Assembly: GCA_000091205.1 (NCBI GenBank)
Contig: AP006495.2
DNA length: 64,000 nucleotides
Strand: one strand, 5' to 3'
DNA from: Cyanidioschyzon merolae
Lineage: Eukaryota
In this document: one piece after another, positions 32,990 to 43,176 of the stretch
How the letters are laid out: each line of letters starts with the position of its first letter
Numbering within the stretch: position 1 is the first letter of the stretch
The notes under the pieces: model-generated
Database searches by the model: none
Told to the model about the DNA's origin: nothing
What the model saw: only the letters and a program-made list of their open reading frames with translations
Program-made: the position numbers and the translations under genes

Positions 32990-35900
32990 ATGCCACTTGG
33001 TTGTGGTGCGCGGTTTCTCAACGGCAGCGGCTGCGCCCCCGGTAACGACGTTAGCGTCGACCTTAATGGGAAAGTACCCGAATTTATTGACATGCAGCCG
33101 TGCAGGGAGAAATCGCATAGTGCTGCTCGCCTATCTATAGTTTCAGATGACAGCAATGTCCACGCTGCGGATCAAGCCAGGCTCCGAATCATAGCCCGGG
33201 ACGTGCGCCCGCTGAATGTTACAAAACCGGAAATCGCCAGCGTCAGATTAGTAGAGAGATCTGTGCAGCAAGATCAGGGTACGCACGTCAGCATTGATGG
33301 CTATTCTCTGCTGCTCAGTGGACAAGTCGCTGGATACTTGCGCACGCTGCAGCAGTTTCTTGATTTTGAAGTGCTAGAATGTGTCAAGCAGGAAATCGAT
33401 CGCCAGATCTGGTTCGTGGTTTCTCTAACGCCGCATCTGAAGAAAGAGCCACCAGAAAATGCAACCATTGGATTGATACCAGGTAAGCGATCCGCAACAC
33501 ATGATTCTTTTCTATGGCTTGCACGTCACCTCCTGATGGAGCGTCTCTTCGGCAGCACCCTGGAGCCGTCGCCTCGAATTCCCAGCTGCGGCGTTTATCC
33601 ATGCACAGCGTGCGACGCGAGAGATAACAGGCACTCTGCGACGCCCAAGCGTTTTCGCTTGGCGCAAGTTATCCGCGTTTTACCATCGAAACTCAAAGCT
33701 TTCCTGCATTTGAAGCACAGAGCGATGCAGCACCTCGAGAACATCTATGCGTCAGCGTATACGCAGTGCTCCTCGTTACAAACTCTGCCGGAAAATGTGC
33801 TAGTGCAGATATTTCAGCACACAGATAGCCCAACGATTTTGGCGCTTGGTCAGCTGTCGAGTTGGTTCCGCTGCCTAACGAACCCGATCGTACCCGAGCT
33901 GAATGTGGAGCTGTTTAAGCACCAGCAGGCAGCTGTCTTGTGGATGCTCTCGCGCGAGCGTCATCGAGAGCACCGATGCGGGCCAGTAGCGCCACTACCC
34001 CAGTGGAAAAACCCTCTTCTTCAGCATTTGGACGGAGATCTCTATTTCAACTGGATGCATCGGCGTCTAGAGCGCAATCAAAGCACCTGCTATGATTGTC
34101 GCGGAGGGTTGCTCTGTGATGAGCCTGGTCTGGGCAAAACCGTAACTGCACTTGCGCTGATCGCACGTACACGCAGTACAATTCCCGCCATTCCATTGTT
34201 TTCCGTAGACGTTGAGTACTTCGGCTCTTCGGAAACCGATTTGGCCGTCTTTATTTGTAAGCAAACACTACAATTCCTGGACCAGGTTATTGAGAAAGCG
34301 CGAGCGAGGCTGAGCAGAGCAAGTTTGGATGAATTCACACAGGATGTTGGAGCAGTGCGCAGTCGGCTGGAGGAGTATTCAGATATGTTTCACAACCACA
34401 TCAACGGATGCTGTACGGGACAGGTACCGGAACTGCTGCGGTTTTTGGGCAACTGGCTACAATGCCACGAAGGTGTGCTGTCATCGATCGTCGGAAGCGT
34501 TGCCGCTAAGGGCGCTATAGGAGCTTATCTGCGCCTCGTGGTCCAGCAAAACCCATACACAGCAAAGACTTGCGTATTGCCGCCATCGGAAATGTTATAT
34601 GTGCAGCCGGGACGCGAAAAACTTTGGTTCTTCATTGTTAGCGGAAAATATCTGCAGGGACCGAGCGGTTTTCTCCGTCTCGCATCGGAGGGCATTCCCG
34701 CTGCCTCCGCTGCGGGTGCTCGCTTGTGCAGGGGAGCCTCGCGGAGCACAATCCTGGAATGCGCGGGTCTGTGCGCGCTGGCGAATGAACACACTGGAAA
34801 CCAGGGCGCGGACGGTACGCTGCTCATGGAGCCATCAGAGTACGCGCAGGGACCCAGCGCAGCGATAGAGCCGTTTGCGATGCCATTTCGGAGACGGTGC
34901 AAGAGCAGGCGCGTACCAGAAATAGAGTGTGCTTTCGACTATCACCTTATTGTCTGCGTTCCAACGACACTTGTAGCATTACCCGAGAACCTGATACCTC
35001 ATTGGACGGTTCAGATACGTCGTCTCGTGCGAGCACCACATGAGCTCCGCTACTGCCTCTTCAGCCAGATTCGAAATGCTGTGGTGCGGGAAATCGCCGA
35101 CTACGATGTCGTCTTCATATCATTGAACGAACTTCGCAGCGAGTATAGCTCACTGGTTCGTGGGCTGAGCATTTTGAATCGGGTTTATTGGCTACGTATG
35201 ATTATCGACGAGGGACACTCACTGGGTTCGCTTTCATGCACCAGTCTGCAGCGCTGCTGCCTCATAGTACTAGCAGAGCGGCGATGGATCATGACTGGAA
35301 CTCCAACTCCAACTACCAAGAGTGGAATTGCAGAGGTGCATCACCTGTACCCACTTTTTTCCTTTCTTGGACTGGAACCGTTCGTATGGGCGCGCCGTGC
35401 GGTCTTCCAGCAGTGCGTTCAGCGACCGCTGGAGCGCGCACTAGGCTACGAGGGCATTCATATCCTACAGCAAACTCTAGACCATATCATGATCCGGTCC
35501 ACGAAGGAAGAGGTTCAGGACATACCTCATCTGGAAGTACGCGATGAAATGCTTTCTTTCACCAAAGAGGAGGCGGATGCCTATAATGCGCTTGTGTCCG
35601 TAGTCAAGCGTAATTTGTTCCTAGCTGACTTTTTCGACGAGAATCATCGGGAATCGCTTTTGAATCCCGAAAACAGAAAATCCGCGCGAGTTGTACTGCA
35701 GAACCTAAGGCTCTGTTGTTGCGTGACAGGCCATATGAAATTTGAAGTTATTAGAGAGGAACTCGAAGAGCTTCTTCGCACCTTAAGACAATCTATGCAG
35801 GCTGCAAAGGACAATACGAGCCCATCGTTGGGCTTTCGTTGCGGTGCAAAGCGCCACGTACCTGAGACGAATCAAGACTGGTGGAGCCCCTGTAGCGGGG

Positions 35901-37375
35901 ACGCAATTGCTGATTTCGAAAACGGAATGGATCGAGCTGTGAGCACCGGAAGCTCCACTCTAGCCCAATCATCCGATTGCAAGCGGAGAAGAGCCCAGGT
36001 CCTGATGAAGCATGATCACTCTGCGTGGAACGCTTTGGACGCCGCTCCAGCTGCCCCAGTGCGGCGGTGCCTCTGGTCGCTGAGCCCGAGCTTGGCAGCA
36101 GGCAACCTGGATCCAGAGCTTGCACAGACGGGGACCCAATCGACGGCGGTCGAAGCGCTGCGCTACCCCATGCAAGCATTCGAGTCTACGGGCATAGAGA
36201 CGGGACCTTTCGCACAACGCTGCGCACAACCTTTGCCCCCCGCAGAATCTCCTGGAGAACACTGTGGTGGGCCTCCAGCGCTCGGCGACGCCGGCGCCGA
36301 CATTGCCGCGGCACTGTCACCAGTCGATTACATAGAAGATAGACTACGTCATATTGAGCGCGTGCTTCGCGACCCTGTATATGCCCAAGGCTGTATTTGC
36401 GAATCCTGTGGTCGCATTGGCTCCCTCATGCCAATCGTTACGCCGTGTGCTCATATCCAGTGCCTTGACTGTGCGGCTACGAATAGGTATGCGTGCAACA
36501 TATGTGGCCGCAAGTATGTGCTCGGTCGCCGCCAGGAGCCGGTCGATTTGATCGAAATGCAGCCCAGCTTCACTCAAGAGGCCTGGGTTCCCAGGTGGGA
36601 TCGAAAAATGACGAGTAAGATCGCCCGCATGCTGCAGCTTCTCGGAGAGTGGTCCAGCGCGACATACACAGCGAGCCGGGAGGGCGCTCCCTGTTCTGAT
36701 CAAGGAGGCAACAGCAGACAGAGTTGTGTTGCGCACGGCAAGCGGGAAAAAGTGATCATTTACTCAAACTTTGCTCATCATTTCGACGTCATTCACTACC
36801 ATTTGTGTCAAGGAAATTTTGACTTTGCATACTATTGCTCGCGCTTGAGTCCAACAGAGCGACGCGCTCAGATCGACCGGTTCATCTACGATCCGCACAC
36901 TTGGATCCTCCTGATGGATGAAAAAGGCGCACTGGGACTCGACCTCAGCTTTGTAACACGCATGATCATCATGGAACCTGTTTGGAATCGCTCCCAAGAG
37001 CATCAGATCATAAGCAGAGCGCATCGTATTGGAGCGAAGCAGCGGGTCATTGTCTATCGTCTGATGATGGTGGACAGTGTCGAGACAGATCTGATCGATA
37101 TGAGTTCGGAACCGACACATCAAAATGGTACTGCGCGCAACTCAGACCGCCTTTCTGATGCCGGGGAGACAGACTCATACCAATACTCTGGTGTGGATGC
37201 GTCACCAAAAAAGTCCAGTGGGATTTCTCTGAGTAACAAGGAAAAAGAGGAAAAGCTCCGCCGAAATCGTCTACTGCAACGTCTACATTTTGTCGTGGCA
37301 GCATCCGGCCGCCCGGGCACAATCGCTTTCCGCCGAGTTCAGGTTTTCCGCAAGGGAGCGGCTCCCATGCCATGA
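32990..37375 (+). CDS. SNF2-family DNA helicase/ATPase with F-box and embedded RING finger (RAD5/RAD16/SHPRH-like architecture)
   Basis: F-box-like LPENVLVQIFQHTDSPTILALGQLSSWFRCL (about 33784-33875). SNF2 motif I LLCDEPGLGKTVTALALIAR (about 34110-34170). DEGH box MIIDEGHSLG. RING CESCGRIGSLMPIVTPCAHIQCLDCAATNRYACNICGRKY (about 36388-36520). Helicase-C IIYSNFAHHFDVI...LLMDEKGALGLDLSFVTRMIIMEPVWNRSQEHQIISRAHRIGAKQRVIVYRL. The track start 32879 is a GTG; the first ATG is at 32990. Confidence 0.85.
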   Translation: MPLGCGARFLNGSGCAPGNDVSVDLNGKVPEFIDMQPCREKSHSAARLSIVSDDSNVHAADQARLRIIARDVRPLNVTKPEIASVRLVERSVQQDQGTHVSIDGYSLLLSGQVAGYLRTLQQFLDFEVLECVKQEIDRQIWFVVSLTPHLKKEPPENATIGLIPGKRSATHDSFLWLARHLLMERLFGSTLEPSPRIPSCGVYPCTACDARDNRHSATPKRFRLAQVIRVLPSKLKAFLHLKHRAMQHLENIYASAYTQCSSLQTLPENVLVQIFQHTDSPTILALGQLSSWFRCLTNPIVPELNVELFKHQQAAVLWMLSRERHREHRCGPVAPLPQWKNPLLQHLDGDLYFNWMHRRLERNQSTCYDCRGGLLCDEPGLGKTVTALALIARTRSTIPAIPLFSVDVEYFGSSETDLAVFICKQTLQFLDQVIEKARARLSRASLDEFTQDVGAVRSRLEEYSDMFHNHINGCCTGQVPELLRFLGNWLQCHEGVLSSIVGSVAAKGAIGAYLRLVVQQNPYTAKTCVLPPSEMLYVQPGREKLWFFIVSGKYLQGPSGFLRLASEGIPAASAAGARLCRGASRSTILECAGLCALANEHTGNQGADGTLLMEPSEYAQGPSAAIEPFAMPFRRRCKSRRVPEIECAFDYHLIVCVPTTLVALPENLIPHWTVQIRRLVRAPHELRYCLFSQIRNAVVREIADYDVVFISLNELRSEYSSLVRGLSILNRVYWLRMIIDEGHSLGSLSCTSLQRCCLIVLAERRWIMTGTPTPTTKSGIAEVHHLYPLFSFLGLEPFVWARRAVFQQCVQRPLERALGYEGIHILQQTLDHIMIRSTKEEVQDIPHLEVRDEMLSFTKEEADAYNALVSVVKRNLFLADFFDENHRESLLNPENRKSARVVLQNLRLCCCVTGHMKFEVIREELEELLRTLRQSMQAAKDNTSPSLGFRCGAKRHVPETNQDWWSPCSGDAIADFENGMDRAVSTGSSTLAQSSDCKRRRAQVLMKHDHSAWNALDAAPAAPVRRCLWSLSPSLAAGNLDPELAQTGTQSTAVEALRYPMQAFESTGIETGPFAQRCAQPLPPAESPGEHCGGPPALGDAGADIAAALSPVDYIEDRLRHIERVLRDPVYAQGCICESCGRIGSLMPIVTPCAHIQCLDCAATNRYACNICGRKYVLGRRQEPVDLIEMQPSFTQEAWVPRWDRKMTSKIARMLQLLGEWSSATYTASREGAPCSDQGGNSRQSCVAHGKREKVIIYSNFAHHFDVIHYHLCQGNFDFAYYCSRLSPTERRAQIDRFIYDPHTWILLMDEKGALGLDLSFVTRMIIMEPVWNRSQEHQIISRAHRIGAKQRVIVYRLMMVDSVETDLIDMSSEPTHQNGTARNSDRLSDAGETDSYQYSGVDASPKKSSGISLSNKEKEEKLRRNRLLQRLHFVVAASGRPGTIAFRRVQVFRKGAAPMP

Positions 37376-39282
37376 ATGCTGTACGGGGGGTTTTCGTGCG
37401 TTAACCTAGAGCCTGGACGGCAACTTTTTTAAGGCTGAACTTGTCGGCAGCGTATTCTGGCCATGGTGCCTTCTGGACGCGGAGACACGGCGAATGGCGA
37501 ACTCACAGGGCAGCAGGCGCTCCGCTTTTTCACACAAGAGCAACATCGCACGGCATGCACATCGGGAAATCGCGGGCTCCGTTGCGCATAGGAGATTATT
37601 GTTTTGCCTGGGGTTCATAGAACCGCTTGGTACAAAATACCTGGACCTTGATGTAGCTCAGAAGCGTGCCGTTTTCGCACTGCATCGTAACGTGTTCGAC
37701 GCGACAGAAGCGCCAGAGCAGCTGCGTTGCGTATGTGCGGCTATGTGACGCTAGTTGTGCATAGATTTGCTTTCGTGATCCACAGGTTATATGCTCTATT
37801 TATATTTTTATGACATGGGATTCATGCAACGAGACGGCCTCGTCCGGATAGATGCCGGCTGACAGTTCTTGTTCCAAGGATCTCGCCCTTGATGCGGATA
37901 CTTGCGGACTCGACCATGAGCCCTGGAACTGTATTCTTCTCAGAAACAATGGCTGGATTTGGCAAGTTTCCAGGAATCGCGTTTATGAGAGACGCCTTCG
38001 ATGGCGCTGGATGTGCCGCTACCGGTCCCGCAAGTGGACTGGAAGGCTCAGGCAGACCATAGCAAGGGTCAGCTCGAAGCTTGCTTCCGCGTATTACCAG
38101 TATTTAGTGCATCCCTGCGTAGTCAGGAGGAGAGCGATTCCGAATTGCGACTGCGATCCGGTCGATCTCGTCTCTTCAATCGTGCCTGAGCTGAAGTCAC
38201 GCTCGAGAAGTGCAGCTACCTGTTTGGTCCACTGAAACACATAACAATGCCGCCAATTTGGGGGCCGCAAGCAGTAGTCTGTCATCTTCGTTCTATGCGT
38301 GCTAGGACACGCGTCTACCAATGCCCACTCAAGCTCGCGTGCGAATTATGCAGAGGACTCGTTCTTGTGCACCTTTGAAGAATTTCCCGTGCGGCGTCTA
38401 ATGCTACTTAAAGCTCGTCAATGCAAAGGGAGTGGAGGCTTTTCCACCGCGGTTCCAAATAGAATCTGATTCATTCTACAAACCGTGGGGATCGGTGACT
38501 TCCATAGACGACAGAGCGGAAGCTTGCATTCTAACTTTACTTGCAGCGAGATGGTCCATTCGAAAGGAATTCACGGAACCCAGGTCAGTTCTGGCGCCAG
38601 ATTAGCTCATGGTGCGAAGAGTACGATGCGCACTAACCCAAGAGGTGTCAGAATGCGTAAATGTTTCCATCATTCCCAGGTTCGACGATATGCATGCGTT
38701 TCAACAGGTTCATGGCAACCTTCACTGCATCGGCGAGGGATGTGTGCGATTTGACGAACGTTCACTATCGTATGCAGCTCGACAACGGCAAGATTTCTAC
38801 AGCCTTCCCTGCCACGGGCCTCTCTGGGCAAAGCGCGACGCGGTCACGATCCCTTGCGTCGTCGGAGTGTTCATGGACCCACAAAAGCGTTAAAGTGGAG
38901 GTGCTGAGGTTTGGATCCGTTTAGTGCACTTCTGGTGGCGATCTGAAAGGCACTTGCACGTATTGGCACCCCCGCCAGTTACAAGAGTACCCCGACCAAA
39001 GTGCTCGCTCACGTCGCAGCAGGTGTTGCCGAAAGCAAGCACCTTCGGCTCTCTCACAGACGGCAACTTTCCCCGTCCACTCGAATATGGGCAGGAGCTG
39101 GCAAGTCCTTTTCCGTCGCTTCTCCTGGGAAGCAGGGCCGAACGTCCCCTTGCTCGTCAACTAGACACTTCATGGGGGCGGGGAGTCATCTTTTCAGCTT
39201 CATACCCAAGAACATCGTCAAAAGACCACAAACCGCAGTGGAAGCGCCTTGAGAAGAATAAAACAAATGGACGGCGCTGACA

Positions 39283-39560
39283 CCGCACACCAACAACGCC
39301 GTTCGAAAGTCGAACGACGTCGGGCGTGTACAGAAGTGGCGAGTGACCCGCCCTAGACAAGAAGTCGCCATCTGTGGCGCAGACGCCTCCCAGCCCTTTT
39401 GGACCGGCCACCTACTATTGCTTCCAACCCTGTCTCATATATTTCAACTTTTAGAGGTTGTCCAATGAAGTTGTCTCTCGTCAACTCTGGAGGTCTCTTC
39501 TCCAGCACCGCACATCTCCTTATATTGATTGCGGCATTAAAGTCTCTGTTAACAAATTCC
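39283..39560 (-). ncRNA. candidate omega-RNA/right-end region of Fanzor copy B
   Basis: The last ~150 nt of coding sequence plus ~100 nt of non-coding tail are conserved in every copy and fragment. Antisense consensus is cagtagtggcg...gcgccctagac...ctgatgtgcagatgc...ttttctcgaccggcc. By analogy with TnpB/Fanzor this is where the guide RNA scaffold is encoded. Not shown to be transcribed. Confidence 0.35.
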
Positions 39561-41782
39561 GTACGTTTCTTGCCATCATTGGTTGTACACACTAATGCAA
39601 GCAGCCCTCGCACTTTCGCCCTCGTTTCCATTTGCTCCTCCATCAGCGGTCTGTACTTTGCTATTTCCTCAGGGCTCCTCTGGCACTTTTCCATTTCGAC
39701 CCTCTGAAGTGTGCACCCCAGCTCGTGGTGTGTATAGGACGTTCGGAACTCGTCTACAGGTATCGTAACGAAACGCCTTGCGCACTCCTTGTACACCCTC
39801 GTCGTTGGAGCTGGCGTAGTGCCGTTCTTGGGCGCCCAGCGCCCTGCCCCATACGTTACTACGAGCCTCTGACTTTCATTCTACTCGAGGGCGCTCAATT
39901 GATTAAAAAAATTCGCGAACGCCCGCTGCTTTTCACAGTAGAGATTCATTCGCAACCGAGCCCACCGGGGCTTGGTGTACTCCTCCCACAGCGCATCCCA
40001 ATGCGCAACGCGAACTTCCATGCATTCCCGAAAAGCTCGAAAGTCCGCTCCGCGGCTCGTCACCTCGCTCAAAGCTTCCAGGTGATCCTTCATTCCTGCT
40101 CTCCATGCCTCGATTTTCTTCCTTGCATTCATGATTCCCGATTCTCGATAGTACCTCGCTCTCGAGAATCTCAAAAGACGCATATCTTTCTGACGTAAGT
40201 TACCGTCAGTCCCATCTTCCGTACGCTTCGGTGCTGCGATGGTTATGATATTCGTATTCCCGGGGTCCGCGCCAAGGACAAAGTCGTTATCTTGCACTTT
40301 CTGGGTCGCAAGATCCGCCTCCTTCTTTTCTTCATGCTTCGCCGCGCTAACGACAATGTGGTTATCCTCCATCTCCTGCGTCGCAGAATCCGCCTCCTTC
40401 TTTTCTTCATGCTTCGTCACGTCAACGACAAAGTCGTTCTCATGCACTTTTTGCGTCGCAGGACCCACCTCCTTCTTTTCTTCATGCTTCGCCTCGTCAA
40501 CGACAAAGTCGTTATCCTCCACCTCCTGCATCGCAGGATCCTCCTCTTTGTTTTCTTCATCTTTCGTCACGGGCGCAGCTGAGGGAGGGACTGACCGATC
40601 TTTCTTCAACCGCCGATAGTGTACACACAAGGCTACTCCATCGGTTTCGATCATCCCAGTGAACAACTTTTGCTCGCTCACTCTCAGACGTTTGAAATTG
40701 AAGATATTCTTCCAGTACGTCTTCCGGTTTTCGCCGGTGAAGTCCTCCCTGCTAACAATGAACTCCGGACTGATCTCCTTCATGATGTCGTGAAGGACTG
40801 CGGAGTCGATAGTCACAAAATGTGACTTGATATTGTACAATGGAACCGCGTTGAAGCGCTTACCCATTAGGAAGGCCTTCCGTCTCTCCCACTGTTCATT
40901 TGTCTCTTCACTCAGCTTCATCTCTACTTTGCGTTCGAGTTCACGGTCCAGAAACACAACTTAGCGCAGGACGAGGCGGTAGTATCTTTCCTTATCTTTT
41001 TTCAGCTCTGATATCTTGTCTGTTGGATTCGCCAGACCCAAAACTGCACGGTGCTCTTCTACAACTGCACGGATTACAGAATCCTAATTTGTGCTCCTGC
41101 GTGACGCCTTCTTGTCGACAAATTCGAACTCATCTTCACACTGTCGATTGTTCGTGATGCCATTGATAATCGTCCATATCCCCTTGCGAGAGACGCCGGG
41201 ATAGAGTGCAAACACGTCGCGTATCATGAAACGTTCGTGGTTCATCGTCAATTGGTTCTTCAGGTTCGTAATGTACTTCATTGCCCCGTATGTGTAAATA
41301 TTTCCGTCACCGCAGTATCGATTACCCTCGAAGCAGAATTCCGCGAAGTTTTCGTGGAGGACTTCCACCCGCTCATTTTCCCTCCGCGCTTCCTCTGTAC
41401 CAAGCATCAGCTGACGAATAAAGGTCTTATCGAAAAACTCGTCCGGAATCTCGACCGTTTCCATGTTCGTCACGTCGCGATACATCTCCCTCGCTAGATG
41501 CATCAGTCCTGACGACGCCTTGAAAATACTCTTGGAGTACGAATCGAAACGTTTTTCGAATGCGTCTCGCATCTTTTCCCTGTAGTGATCCTTGATATGT
41601 TTAAGAAGACCGGCTTTCGCCACCATCTCGTCGTACAGTTGTCTTTCTTGCCGCCTTAGACGTTGAGCCTCCCCCTTTCGGTTCTTCTTCTCTTCCTTTT
41701 CTTCTGGACTCGGTACTGTTTTTTGTTTTTTTCTGGCAGCCGGCGACCCTGGACCTCCAGGATCGTCGATTTGCTTTTTCAT
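39353..41782 (-). pseudogene. Fanzor-like RNA-guided RuvC nuclease homolog, interrupted by stops and a frameshift (copy B)
   Basis: Three consecutive ORFs align colinearly to copies A and C. Catalytic D (RuvC-I), E (RuvC-II) and D (RuvC-III) motifs are all present in this copy. Confidence 0.75.
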
Positions 41783-42756
41783 AGCTTTCCTATTTTAGTT
41801 TTTTTGAAAAAGAATGCTCTTTGAACCCTTGTGTTACATACAGCGAAAAACACTTGACTAGACTTGTTTGAGGGCTGAAACAGAAACGAGCTGAAAGACT
41901 GTACTTGGCTACCACCTCAACGGATATCCGACTTTTTACAGCTGAACAACACGCTCCTGGTCAGCATCGCGTTTCCCTTCAACGGCGGCATGTGCATCGC
42001 GTCAGTTGACTGCCTGATCTCCGAGATGCGTTCATTAAGCGCAATGCGTCCACCGCACGAGACGCCACTCCGATCGATGAAGGACACGTGTCCGACACCC
42101 CGCATTGGCACATGCGTGTTCGCATCGCATTGCAGCCAAACTAAAGTATCGAAAATAGGAAACTCATGTAGAACGATCTCTTGCTATAGACTCTGTCGCT
42201 GGTGCCGAAGCTACTGCCCATCGCAGTACCGCCTTGACATACATGGAAATGTTGGGACCTGACGCGATACCTCGCGATGCTTCTATCAAAAGCATAGCGT
42301 TCTCTGCGGCTTACCGTTGTGTGGATGACGTATGCATCACTCTTCTCAAAAGGAATTTCGTTAGTTTTATTCATCGTAACCAAACTAGGTACGGTGGGAT
42401 TCCTGAACACGGACATACGTTTAATGCCGATGCTTGTCATGCATGCTGCACTGACGCTGGAATGAGGAACTGACCTGAATTATGCTTCTATCCTGCGTCA
42501 TAGGCTGGTACTGGTGACCGTTCAAGTCATTTCCATGCTATCGTCGTAGCCAACTTATGGTGCCCGCTACGTTCCCCGGATCCGGTGATCATGGTAGAGG
42601 CACACCACACATGTAGCGTCCATATCTGCCAAGACGTTCGAGCCTTGCATCTCGGCTGACACGATCGAGGAACCCGACAAAAGCACATACTGTATTCTGG
42701 TCTACTCCATAAGATTAGCTTCAAGAGCCTAACCCGTACATCGACGACCGCACACG

Positions 42757-43126
42757 CACACAAAACGCCGTTCCAAGTCGAAAGACGGCAGTGTACAGTA
42801 GTGGCGGCGAACGCGCCCTAGACAAAACGTCTCCAACTGATGTGCAGATGCTTCCTAGTTTTTCTCGACCAGTCCCCTGCTATCGGTTTCAGTTTCTCCA
42901 CGTTCACTTGGGCCTGGAGAAGCTGTCCCACAAAGTTGGTTCGCTTCAGCTCTGCGGGTCCCTTCTTCTGCACCGCAAAGCCCCATATATCAATAGCAGC
43001 ATTGAGGTCTCGCTCCACGATCCCCAAGCCTTTATTGATGCTGCTTGGACCGACCAGTGCAAGTCGTCCTCGAACTCGTGCCCTCTGTGCCAATTCCTTC
43101 TTTATCAGGTCTCCGTGTTTTTCCAT
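42757..43126 (-). mobile_element. solo Fanzor 3' fragment, part of composite repeat (ii)
   Basis: ORF 42818..43126 reads ...RARVRGRLALVGPSSINKGLGIVERDLNAAIDIWGFAV.... A well-conserved tail (cagtagtggcggcgaacgcgccctagac...ttttctcgacc) lies at 42757-42900. Confidence 0.65.
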
Positions 43127-43176
43127 CGCCGAAACGCCCCGCTGGCTCTTCTTAAAGTCGACGTTCTGAAACGTAC

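Larger units (their letters stand above)
39283..42080 (-). mobile_element. Fanzor/TnpB-like element, copy B (most complete; inactivated)
   Basis: ORFs 41084..41782 (N-terminus with NLS-like KKQKT/KKNRK), 39881..40957 (RuvC-I LGADPGNTNIIT at about 40250-40273, preceded by 4 acidic repeat units) and 39353..39796 (RuvC-II TIPVDEFRTS; RuvC-III FVNRDFNAAINIRRC at 39521-39547). In-frame TAG and TAA codons near 41075 and 40962, plus a frameshift near 39800-39880. The ~120-nt 3' tail and the 5' flank are conserved with copies A and C. Confidence 0.8.

Noticed and set aside
39157-39411. Minus-strand ORFs running through the Fanzor tails (39157..39411, 51780..52052, 57418..57660; 'RAGHSPLLYT...' peptides)
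   Set aside because: They are conserved only because the underlying nucleotide tail is conserved. Their frames differ between copies and they have no start-context conservation. More likely RNA-level conservation than a small protein.
40960-41080. Stop-codon reassignment as an explanation for in-frame TAG/TAA inside Fanzor copies B and C
   Set aside because: Host genes terminate with TGA (actin, PRPS), TAG (uL3) and TAA at normal positions and lengths. Copy A encodes sense codons (E, Y, W) at the same sites. These are ordinary nonsense mutations in pseudogenes.
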